Shown: positions 26,250 through 37,412 of the stretch, piece after piece | Numbering within the stretch: position 1 is the stretch's first letter | Layout: every line of letters starts with the position of its first letter | DNA from: Lingula anatina | Taxonomy: Eukaryota > Animalia > Brachiopoda | Length of the DNA stretch: 64,000 nt | Direction: 5' to 3' | Assembly (NCBI GenBank): GCA_051362555.1 | Contig: CM120649.1 | Coordinates: forward strand, 10,230,001-10,294,000 | Notes under the pieces: generated by a model | What the model saw: the letters and a program-made list of their open reading frames with translations, nothing else | Told to the model about the DNA's origin: nothing | Database searches by the model: none | Made by a program: the position numbers and the translations under genes

Positions 26250-26913
26250 TGACAATTTGTGCAGGGCGACAATTTGTGCCGTCACAAGGGGCTAAAGACT
26301 GCATGTATACAAATTGCTCTGTCCAGCCTATGTCATAAACATTTTAGGTGATATCATTGATTACGTTATGTCAGAAATGAAAATGTCCACTACTACACGT
26401 GTGGAAGGATTCAACAGGGAGCCAGCAGTGTCAGCTACACAAATAATAATAATAATTTATTCAGCTTTAAGTGTTACAATTTAACATTGTTTGCTGTCTA
26501 AGCTACTACAGATACTACTCTATTGTGCATACATCAAAAATATAAATTAAGGATAAAATAAGGGATAAAATATATGTTAAAGCTTAAAGTTAATAAATGT
26601 GCCAAGTGCTTATTCATTGTGCTGCTAACAGAATATACTGTGCTCTCTCACAACACCAGAGGTTTCTATACTTAAGCTGTCTGATATTTTTTATTAAATT
26701 TAGCCAGGTAGAAATATCTGTAAACTGTCATTTGTTTTGGTTAATAAGCATGTCAATGTGAATTCATAGTTTAGTTTTCCACCAAGTTCACTTTGTTTTA
26801 TTGCGTATTAGTTACTGTTCTCTCCATCCACGTATAATGCACTTTATATGAATAATATGAATATATATCATCTGAGGAATGCTAATTGATAATACTAGCC
26901 GATGGTTTTAATT

Positions 26914-26957
<44 letters not shown>

Positions 26958-27159
26958 GAATGGCAACTTGGGAATTCGTAATATTTTGTTCAGTGTTAAT
27001 TTTTGATTGGTTTTAAATGACCTTAATTCTCACTTCCATTTACATATTAACATTGATTGTATTTAAATAGTTCAGATAATTCTTTTTGTTATAAAGAGTC
27101 ACTTTGCACAAATTAAATCTCTTCGTATAGGTTATAGACTCAAAACATTAATATTTTAG

Positions 27160-27790
27160 GATGCCAGATGACTCTTTCCAAGAATTACATGTACTGCCAG
27201 ACCCTATGTTGGAAGACAGTGGTGAATTCAAGACTTTGGCTGAATTGTATAGAGCGGAAACCTCAGATGCTCACAGACCAAGCATGTTAAGATGACCAGA
27301 ATGCAGAGATGCAGACAAGAAAAATAGCAGTCTTATGGTTGGTGGTAAGTAAATTAATCTTGAATAATATCTTATTCTCTCTTCTGAGGTGATTTTGTTT
27401 TTTTTAAGTCATTTTATTGTTGATTAAATTATCCTTTAACACGTGAACTTTTAATTGCAAATTAAAAAAAATAAATAATAAAATAAATAAAATAAGAAAA
27501 ATAGGATCCCATTTAATTTGTTCCTTTTCTTTTGACTTTTTGTTTGAGTTGCTTACTGTAAGATATTTTAAAGATTAAAATCTTTCCAAACCAGATTGGT
27601 TTTACAGCCTCACCATTTTACTACATGGTCTATTTGAGGAAAATGTTTCAGTCCAGAGAGTTGCAAATTGAGCATATTTTTACACATATTTATTCAAATA
27701 ATTTCAATGCTTAATTATTTTGCAGGCTAGGCAAGGGCCTTTATGTTGTGCAAGGAGTGTGCCAACCAAAAGGATGACCCTGGCCCAAAG
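27160..27790 (+). pseudogene. Spliced C-terminal fragment of a Sola3/Zator-like transposase
   Basis: Exon 27160-27344 (ttttag/gtaagt) encodes MPDDSFQELHVLPDPMLEDSGEFKTLAELYRAETSDAHRPS, matching a recalled LPDP..Y..T...RPS motif. Exon from 27726 encodes GPLCC. Confidence 0.5.
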
Positions 27791-28425
27791 CCATAAACTT
27801 GCCAGACTCGAAGAGAAATTTATAACAACTCAAAAACTAAATAAGATATCTTTCTGAAATTTTCTGGCATTGTTTAAAACATTGCTGAAAACAATTCTCT
27901 TTTCTTTCATGATAAGTTACAATCATTAGACTCATCACGTTTTGTTGCTGATTTAAGTGTGTTATTTAACAATATGATGGGTAACTCTCCGGGAAAGATA
28001 GAATAGGTGTGCTTCCATCTGGCGTGAGTGGACATTTAAAACAACTGGCCAGAGAGTCAACAGATCATGCACTTCAGGAAAAAGTTGAACTCACCAAAAG
28101 AGGTATTTTAATATGTTGAATGAAGTGTACAATACAAGGCATGTCCATGCATTTGATAAAATAGGGTACTGTTTATAAGATATTAATAAACTGATTTATA
28201 ATATAAAATAACTAGAGGATCAGAGAGGCGATACCGCCTCCGAATATTGTACCACCAGCTGGAGCAAGCGCATTCGTATAGACCCCCACATACACAAAAT
28301 AAGGGGTGCAGCCACCAGTCTTGTGCTTGACAAGCTGTAAAAATGCAATCAACAAGAATTTTCAAAATATGCAAAAAATATATATAACTAAAAATGGTGC
28401 AATCAAAGTTAAGTTCATTGTAAGG

Positions 28426-29700
28426 TAGGTCAAAGGTCAATTTCAAGGTCACAGTAAATTGCCAGTATATGACTTCCTATCCAACTTCAATAGTAACTAT
28501 GGACCTATCTCTGCCAGTTTTGGAGATAAAAGGGAAGCAAAATTTGCAAAGTTCAGTTCATGGTGAAAAGTAGGTCAAAGGTCAATTTCAAGGTCACAGT
28601 AAGATTGCCAGTATATGACTTCCTATTCAACTTCAATAGTAACTATGGACCTATCTCTGCCAGTTTTGGAGATAAAAGGGAAGCAAAATTTGCAAAGTTC
28701 AGTTCAAGGTGAAAAGTAGGTCAAAGGTCAATTTCAAGGTCACATTTAGATTGCCAGTATATGACTTCCTATTCAACTTCAATAGTAACTATGGACCTAT
28801 CTCTGCCAGTTTTGGAGATAAAAGGGAAGCAAAATTTGCAAAGTTCAGTTCATGGTGAAAAGAAGGTCAAAGGTCAATTTCAAGGTCACAGTAAAATTGC
28901 CAGTATATGACTTCCTATGCAAGTTCAATAGTAACTATGGACCTATCTCTGCCAGTTTTGGAGATAAAAGGGAAGCAAAATTTGCAAAGTTCAGTTCATG
29001 GTGAAAAGAAGGTCAAAGGTCAATTTCAAGGTCACAGTAAAATTGCCAGTATATGACTTCCTATGCAAGTTCAATAGTAACTATGGACCTATCTCTGCCA
29101 GTTTTGGAGATAAAAGGGAAGCAAATTTTGCAAAGTTCAGTTCAAGGTGAAAAGTAGGTCAAAGGTCAATTTCAAGGTCACAGTAAAATTGCCAGTATAT
29201 GACTTCCTATTCAAGTTCAATAGTAACTATGGACCTATCTCTGCCAGTTTTGGAGATAAAAGGGAAGAAAAGTTTGCAAAGTTCAGTTCATGGTGAAAAG
29301 TAGGTCAAAGGTCAATTTCAAGGTCACATTAAGATTGCCAGTATATGACTTCCTATTCAAGTTCAATAGTAACTATGGACCTATCTCTGCCAGTTTTGGA
29401 GATAAAAGGGAAGCAAAATTTGCAAAGTTCAGTTCATGGTGAAAAGTAGGTCAAAGGTCAATTTCAAGGTCACAGTAAGATTGCCAGTATATGACTTCCT
29501 ATTCAACTTCAATAGTAACTATGGACCTATCTCTGCCAGTTTTGGAGATAAAAGGGAAGCAAAATTTGCAAAGTTCAGTTCATGGTGAAAAGTAGGTCAA
29601 AGGTCAATGTCAAGGTCACAGTAAGATTGCCAGTATATGACTTCCTATTCAACTTCAATAGTAACTATGGACCTATCTCTGCCAGTTTTGGAGATATAAG
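28426..29700. repeat. 146-bp tandem array, about 9 near-identical copies
   Basis: Unit starts (t/a)aggtcaaaggtcaatttcaaggtcac at 28426, 28571, 28717, 28863, 29009, 29155, 29301, 29447 and 29593. Confidence 0.97.
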
Positions 29701-29948
29701 GGACTAAATGTTATAATTTTGGAGTTACCATAATGTGCCATAAATTTCCTACAGAAAAAATTAATTAAAATAAAGAAAAGGTCATTTTGGTCAAAGTTCT
29801 TGAAATGGGAGGTTCTCTGAAGTTGCAGAAGTTTAAATTTGATAAAATAATGTCATTTTTGACCACAAGTTGTCTGCTTTGCCAAGCATTATGTTTTATT
29901 TTTCCGGAGTTCAAAATTTATTATCCATTACCGTACTGCACATTTTTA

Positions 29949-30223
29949 CGGAAGCCGACTGGTGCCATATGTTGAAAAAAAAAATTATCTCGAAATTTTT
30001 TTTGTTCAAATTTCAAAATACTATCTCGAAATTTCGAGATAAATTTTTTTGCTCAAATATCAAAATGCTATCTCGAAATTTCGAGATAATTTTTTTTTTG
30101 TTCAAATTTCAAAATGCTATCTCGAAATTTCGAGATAAAAATTTTTTTTGTTCAAATTTCAAAATAGTATCTCGAAATTTCGAGATAATTTTTTTTTCTA
30201 CATATGGCACCAGTCGGCTTCCG
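29949..30223. mobile_element. Palindromic MITE with TA TSD nested in the HINE
   Basis: TIR cggaagccgactggtgccatatgt / acatatggcaccagtcggcttccg, TA flanks, internal atctcgaaatttcgagat repeats. Confidence 0.88.
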
Positions 30224-31777
30224 TACATTTTCCTTTCACCACCAATATGTACTTTCTGATACAGCGTAACTGGAAAACCGTATGGAATACAAAAAAACCG
30301 AGACCACCTCCAGTGTTGGGCTTTACATGCTCTACAAAATGCAAAAAAGAATGGGTCTCTAGCATTAACGGTTCCCGAATTAGAGACAGTTTTCAGTTTC
30401 AGTATCTTATGGCCGCTACTCCTGTGAAAATGCACCGATTGACCCCAAATTCACGGAGATGAAAGATGACCTGAAGGGTAACACTTTCCAATAATATTAT
30501 TGGTTAAGTCTGTGTGGCGTCTGAATAACAGGGCAAAAAATTTTTTTTTCGTAAAAAATTTCATTTTTTTGAAAATTTTGACCCATTTGACCTTGAAGTA
30601 AAGGTCAAAGGTCAAATCCGAGGGTATATTTGAAATCTACACATATGACTTTTGGAAAGCCGTCTATAGAAATTTTTCCCGTAACTCCTTCTGTAGGGTA
30701 GATAATTAGCATTTAATTTTGCCATTTTTAGACAAGGGTGCATTGCAATGAGTGCCACACCCAGACCCCAATACCGACAAAGCCCAAATTTTACGTGGAA
30801 CGAGTTGAGATTATAGGTGACCTAAATCCATGAGATGGGTACGGGGGCCCTTACCGTCTAGGAGGAGAAGCGGTAACGGTAACATGGCGGCGGAGCCGGC
30901 GGAACGGACCGGACGGGACCGAAACCATGCTTACCGCCAGCGCTAACGCTGGTGGTAAATTTTTTTGTTCAAATTTCAAAATAGTATCTCGAAATTTCGA
31001 GATAATTTTTTTTTCTACATATGGCACCAGTGGGCTTCCGTACATTTTCCTTTCACCACCAATATGTACTTTTTGATACAGCGTAACTCGAAAACCGTAT
31101 GGAATACAAAAAAACCGAGACCACCCCCAGTGTTGGGCTTTACATGCTCTACAAAATGCAAAAAAGAATGGGTCTCTAGCATTAACGGTTCCCGAATTAG
31201 AGACAGTTTTCAGTTTCGGTATCTTATGGCCGCTACTCCTGTGAAAATGCACCGATTGACCCCAAATTCACGGAGATGAAAGATGACCTGAAGGGTAACA
31301 CTTTCCAATAATATTATTGGTTAAGTCTGTGTGGTGTCTGAATAACAGGGCAAAAAATTTTTTTTTCGTAAAAAATTTCATTTTTTTGAAAATTTTGGCC
31401 CATTTGACCTTGAAGTAAAGGTCAAAGGTCAAATCCGAGGGTATATTTGAAATCTACACATATGACTTTTGGAAAGCCGTCTGTAGAAATTTTTCCCGTA
31501 ACTCCTTCCGTAGGGTAGATAATTAGCATTTAATTTTGCCATTTTTGGACAAGGGTGCATTGCAATGAGTGCCACACCCAGACCCCAATACCGACAAAGC
31601 CCAAATTTTACGTGGAACGAGTTGAGATTATAGGTGACCTAAATCCATGAGATGGGTATGGGGGGCCTTACCGTCTAGGAGGAGAAGCGGTAACGGTAGC
31701 CGTCCGGCGGAGCCGGCGGAACGATCCGGACGAGACCGAAACCATGTGTACCGCCAGCGCTAACGCTGGTGGTACAA
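30140..31777. repeat. 817-bp near-identical tandem duplication of the HINE 3' module
   Basis: ~30140-30958 is repeated at ~30957-31777. The ORF track shows the same translation at 30148 and 30965. Confidence 0.95.
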
Positions 31778-33834
31778 TTAATGCCCCATACAATATAAGT
31801 AGAAGAATTAAGTCAAGGATGCTTTTCATTACAGGTGACTGCCATCGCTGCAGTGCCTGATTCCATCACAAGCACTGAGGCATTTGTTGATGAGGAATAT
31901 GGTAATTATTTAGTAATTCATGCATTGTTTTTAAATGATCTTAAATTAATTTGCTTTCAAGAATTGTATTTTTAAAGAAATAATTTTTACACCACATTAC
32001 ATTATGTCATAGTCATTTTCTTATATTATTTAGAGTTGGACACAATATCTGCTTCTGCAGATGGAGCTTATCAGAAAAGAGGGTCAGGGCGGTCCTACAA
32101 TAGTCTTTCAGGTATAAAAATATTATATTATATTACACAGACAAAAAATTAAAATTCACAGCATCTATCTGACTGTTTGACATTAAAATTTCAGGAACTG
32201 CTTCTTTTATTGGGAAAAAAAACAGGCAAAATTATTGGCTACACAGCTCGGTGCAAAAAATGCAGATTTTGTAATATTGCAAAGATGACAGGAAGACAAG
32301 CCAAAAAAAACAAATGTCATAGAAATTGTGAAGGTTCAGCAAAGGCCATGGAGCCAGTTTTGGTTGCAGAACTTCTAAAAAAACACCAAACAAAAAAGTT
32401 CTTGTTAAAAAACTTATAGGCGATGACGACTCCATTGCCTTCAACAGAGCTAGAAGAGAAGTTTCACACAAGGAATTAAGTTAAAAAACAATAAATGCTA
32501 TTTTGAAAAGTTTCTTTTACATGTTGGCCCAAGCTGATGCTCAACAAATAGAACAGGGCCTGAAATCTGTTGTGTGCCATCAGCTCAATGACCACAGCTT
32601 TTGCTCCACATGGTGCATACGAAATCAGAAGCACAGGAATTTGCCCTGGGGCACAGTATTGGAAAGTGCAGACTTGAAGACAGACCCTCTGAATTTTTTT
32701 TCAAAACTGGACCCCCAAAAACTTAGCAGGAACTATATCATCAGGGATTGGAAGGAGGAATCAATTATTAGAACTTGGGAGGAGCAGGGCAGTACATCCA
32801 CACCTTCAACTGCAAGGGCAGAAATCAGGCTTACCCAACTACCAGACTCGGCACATAAGGATCCTACGGTTAAGTCTTGAAAATTCTGAATACTAAGTCC
32901 CATATTATATTATATTATTGCCCTATATGATAATCATGTTTTTAGTTGGTTTTAATGGGATTTCATTTAGAATTGTCAGGTGGGGAGGAGCAAAAAGGCT
33001 CCTGTCAGACCAAGGAAGAGAGTTTGTGGCTGAAATAAATACAGAGGTTTGCCGCTCCCTCAGAATAGAGAGGTCTGTGACAAGTGCCTATCAAACCAGA
33101 CACTGAAGACTCGATTGAGCAAGCTCATTAATGAACACCAGAACGACTGGGATACTTATTTGGAGGATGTGGCGTATTCGATCAGGACACAAAAGCAAAC
33201 GTCCACAAAGTTCACCCCTTTTTTCTAATGTTTGGGAGGCACCCTAAAGGGTTCTACCATTTTAAGTCTAGATTTAAAATTTTAATGATTAAGTAGACAA
33301 CAAAAATTTTGGAACATTTTTATCATTATTTTCTGACATCTCAGTAATAGGTTTGTTACATCACTGAAATTGTGTTTGAAAAGCAGTCCATGCATGTGTA
33401 GCCAAAATGTGTATTAGATATGATATGCTTTGGTCTTGTCATTTATATCAAACCTATTTAATCTTTTAAATCGTGTAGACTTCTTTTAGATTATCAGTTA
33501 TTTCTATATATGCTTAAATGGCTGCACTACAAATATTTTATTTACCTACCTATTTTTCATGCTTCTGCTTATTTTACTTAACAGGCTGTCTGCTAGTCAT
33601 GATACTAATCATGTCTTTACCTTAAATAAAGTGGGAAGCATGAAACATTGCTCCTGTGTTCACAAAAATAACATGATAAATTTTAAACAGGTTTTCTAAT
33701 ATCAAAAGTGATTTCCATTTTTAGATGAATGCCAAAGATGGTGGAAGTCTTGAAGCCATTTCTGTAAATGATGAAGTTCTGGAAGACATGGTCAACCACA
33801 GAGAGGCATTGCTACATGTCACCAATAAAGTTGT

Positions 33835-35533
33835 TGGGAAATCGTCTAATTTATCTAAGGGAGGTTACATAAATACAAGTGTACCCCAAGGTAGCATACT
33901 TGGCCCGTTACTTTTTCTCATATATATAAATGACCTCCCTGACGGACTCTCTACCGATTGTTTCATCTATGCGGATGATACTTCCCTCTTTATGCCCTCG
34001 CGTCGGGGAGATGTCGATTCACACGCTATATTACAAGGTGACCTACGTACCATTGAAAATTGGTCCAATAAATGGAAACTCAATTTTAAACCGGCAAAGT
34101 GCCGCGAAATTATATTCGGCAAAGAAAAAAATAGTAGTACATACTCTGGATTGTATATTAACAATACCATGATACCTAGGACTAAGAGCCACAAACACCT
34201 GGGACTAGTACTTGATTCAAAACTAAATTTTAACGATCATACTGATCTTGTTTGCGAAAAGGTTCAACGGGCCGTAAATGCACTAAAACCTCTTTACTGC
34301 AAAGTTAGGTCCAAACATTTAAATGTTATATATAATGCCTTTATCCAATCACAATTTGATTACTGTGACATCTTCTATCATAACTCACTCCAGAAGAAAT
34401 TATCGAAACTATCGTCTCTTCAATACCAAGCCGGCATAATAGTACTGGGAGCCTTACCTCAGGGAGGCGAGATTGTACACAGCGTGTTTTGACCAGTTGT
34501 ATACTTGTTATATGTATGTACATATTTGTAAAGTCTAACGAACATATTCATATGGAGTTTAGACTTAAAATAAATATATTATATTATATATATTAAAATA
34601 AATATATTATATATATTATATTATATTACCTAGCTCTTGTACCTCCAAAATATTTGAACAACTAAATTGGATTTCTCTATTTGATAGAAGAAAAATGTAT
34701 TCTCAAAAAATTATGTTTTCAGTCATGGCGAATTTGGTCCCCTCCTATGTTTCTGATATATTCCGCCCATTCAGAAGCCCTTTTCCAATCATAACCCGAG
34801 AAAATAACAAAAGAGACTTTAAACTTCCTCCTAAATACCCCCGTACCTCAGTTAACTATTTTCTAATGTCTTCATGGGATCCACTCTCCTCCTCCACTAA
34901 ATCTTTACCTTCAATCTCATCTTTCAAGAACTCGATAAAAAATTACCTCACTGCTGGGTCGCTTTCAACAACAACACTAAACTTGGACAGAAATCAAGAA
35001 AAAATTCTTAACAGAGCGAGGGTTGGGTGTTTATTTAGAGCAGAATTGTTTAGGCATAACTGGACTACTATTGATACACCACACTGCACCTGTGGTGCCC
35101 TTGAAACCCCTCTGCACTTCTTCTTCAGATGTCCCTCACTCAATTTAAGGTACCCTCCCCTTTACCAAAAAATAAATGAAATTCTACATGCAAGCAAGAC
35201 CTCTTTTAAAACTCAAAAAGAAAAGCTGTCCCTATTTCTCTACGGTCATAGATCTTTATCACCCACCCAAAATGAAATTATCTTCGAAACTGTGCAAATT
35301 TTCTTCTCGTAAACTTTGTTATCACTTAATAGGTACTATCTCTTTTCCTCTTCTTTCTTTCTGTACTTAACTTGTGCTCCATAATATTTGAAGTTTTACA
35401 CTTACTCTGTTGTATATATGTATATACCTATCCATTTGTTTTATTAATTTACTTACATAATTTTGTGGAGAGCATATAATGCTTCCAGCGCCTTGCCTCC
35501 ACTTCATTCTTTTGAATAAACATTGTTTAAAAA
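33835..35533 (+). mobile_element. 5'-truncated LINE (CR1/L2-group RT and C-terminal domain)
   Basis: VPQGSILGPLLFLIYINDL..YADD..W.L.F.P.KC, then a C-terminal CTCGALETPLHFFFRC motif. 3'UTR ends aataaacattgtttaaaaa. 11-bp TSD aataaagttgt at 33824-33834 and 35534-35544. Confidence 0.92.
34460..34625 (+). mobile_element. 166-bp retroposon 3' fragment with an (ATATT)n-like tail, inserted in the LINE
   Basis: TSD ttacct at 34454-34459 and 34626-34631. Removing it rejoins GALP|SSCTSKIFEQLNW in frame with the ORF at 34695. Confidence 0.85.
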
Positions 35534-37320
35534 AATAAAGTTGTAAGTACAAAGGCACACATAATGCGCTTCATTAAAGGGTTCTAGCATGTTACAGTTG
35601 TATCAAAACTGTATGATTGTAAAAGTGAAATACTTTTCTTGTTTTCTGACTGCCTAGGTGTTATATTTGTGTCTCTAATAAGCAACTGTGCATTCTTTAC
35701 TAGGACATATTATTTTAAGTACAGACAGTTTACGTAGCTATCACCTGCCTCTGTCATGGTGCACTTCTTTCATTGTTACTGCACTAATCTAAATACTGAT
35801 ATAGCTTTTTGTCCCAAAGTTATTAGTTCTTCACTGTCTATATTTTTCTTATGTGTTTTTCTTAGGTACAAGAGAATGTGCCATGACAAAGGCCCAAACA
35901 AAACAGAAGGAGAATTGATAAATAAACTTGATAAATATTATGCTGTTGATAAAAAGAATCTGATAAACTTTGAATATATGATAGAATTTAATGTTGTCAT
36001 CGCTCAAGTCTGAACAATTCGTTGTTCGATTTAACAGGATGCAGAGATTGCATTAGTTGTTATCACATTAAACTTTCTACCAACTGACAGAATATCTTAC
36101 TACTTATAGGAAGTTTTGAGAAGAGAGATCTAGAGGGAAGGCAAGCTAGGCCTGATGCATGGAGCTGGACACTAGAAAGGAAGATGTCAAGCCAGCAGAT
36201 TGGTTCTGACAATTGTGAAGTTTTTGTACTGATGGTAATTTTTACATTTTCATGTTAGTGAAAAGAAAGATCATAAGTTACACAATATGAAGCTGTTCAA
36301 AAGCGTTTCAAAGTGGTTTAATAGTATTTTTACTCGAATCTAAGCTGTAGAAGTACAAGTGCTAATTTTGTAATTTACTTCTCTTATGTAGAGACATGTC
36401 GTCCGTCACAAAACAAAGCAGATTGAAAATATCTCGTCTTGTACAGCATAAAAGATAAAATTAAACAAACCTTTCTTTTCTGTTTACATTTTACTGTAGA
36501 TAACTAGTTTGATTTCTCTGTTACTGATTTAGTCTGTACCTTTGGTAGCTTGTCTGTCTTGTAGCATTTACCAACTTATCAGAATATGATAATATTTTTT
36601 TATTGTATCCCTTGAAAGAGTAGCTTTATGTAGAAAGGAATTTTTAACTGTCTTATGCTTTTTTCACTCTTATTTACAGAATACAGAAGCTATATCTTGA
36701 AAGGAGCAGACCTAACCACTATTGACAAATTGCACTGTGAATGGTTTAACGAATACGTCAAACACAAAATTTAGATGAGTGGCAGAAAGTCCAATGACGA
36801 AATCTGTGATATGCCATTCTGCCGAAACAAGGGATAAAAAAAAAAAAAACAAGGGATATGACAAATGGATCCAGTGCAGCATGTGTCACAGCTGGCTACA
36901 TACCATTTGTGCTAGAGTCAGAAGTTCAAAAAACTCTTCGTAAAACCCAGTTTACATGCCCTATGTGCATTTCCGTACAAAGTTAGCTGAAAATTGCATC
37001 AATATTACTGGTTTTAAGTTTTCTCAACATACAACATAATGCAATTTATATTAGTGACAGTACTGAAATCTGATATAGTTCTTAAAATAGTTTTCATCAC
37101 AAACTGAGACTGAAATAAAACTATTTAAACTTCATCAGAACATTTGCTTTAATGCATGCTACTAAAAAGTTTATTTTAAAGTATTTTAAAATGTAATGAT
37201 AAAAAATAATCATCATCCACTTGCAGGGATCCTAGGGTCCTACCACTATTGTCATTTATTTTAAATGTACATGACTAATTACTGTAAGGTGAGAGCATCT
37301 TAAAGGACTGTTTGTGACTG

Positions 37321-37412
37321 CCCTTACGAAAATTTATAGGAAATCTTATAGGATCCTATAGGGCACCTTTCCTATAGGATTTCCTATAGGATCCTATAGG
37401 AAATTGTTGTAA
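37321..37412. mobile_element. Small MITE with cctatagga repeats
   Basis: cccttacgaaaattt...aaattgttgtaag with internal palindromic tcctatagga units. Confidence 0.5.

Larger units (their letters stand above)
28210..31777 (+). mobile_element. Helentron-associated non-autonomous element (HINE/pearl-like) inserted in an intron
   Basis: Starts aactagag. Inverted motif ttgtaccaccagc (28247-28259) / gctggtggtacaa (31765-31777). Internal tandem array, cggacg-type microsatellite and terminal hairpin taccgccagcg-ctaa-cgctggtggta. Confidence 0.75.
28010..32730 (+). pseudogene. Intron-containing Kolobok-type ('Mutator-like' domain) transposase fragment
   Basis: Exons ~28010-28102, 31835-31901, 32034-32111 (SADGAYQKRGSGRSYNSLSG) and 32195-~32730 (TGKIIGY..CKKCRFC..CHRNCEGSAKAMEP..IGDDDS..KHRNLPWG). 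GT-AG junctions, several frameshifts. Confidence 0.75.
32970..36990 (+). pseudogene. Ginger1-type DNA transposon gene remnant: Gypsy-like integrase + Ulp1 protease + PHD finger, with introns
   Basis: LLSDQGREF..VTSAY(del)QTLK..QNDWDTYLEDVAYSIRT..STKFTPF..MFGRHP (32970-33250). Exon 33725-33832. KAQTKQK (~35890). QQIGSDNCEVFVLM (~36190-36234). C..PFC..WIQCSMCHSWLH..C..FTCPMC (~36800-36970). Confidence 0.75.

Noticed and set aside
28426-29700. 146-bp array as CRISPR or a repeat-protein exon
   Set aside because: No spacers, period not a multiple of three, and no long ORF.
30109-31279. Paired 104-133-aa ORFs as duplicated genes
   Set aside because: They are chance frames across a MITE and the duplicated HINE end, with no protein-like motifs.
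30140-31777. 817-bp direct repeats as LTRs or long direct repeats of the neighbouring Kolobok-like transposase
   Set aside because: The copies are adjacent, lack TG..CA or TTAA ends, and lie inside an intron of that gene instead of flanking it.
33725-34492. 255-aa ORF as a genuine host RT gene
   Set aside because: It is a fusion of a Ginger exon, a 5'-truncated LINE and a later insert, each delimited by a TSD.
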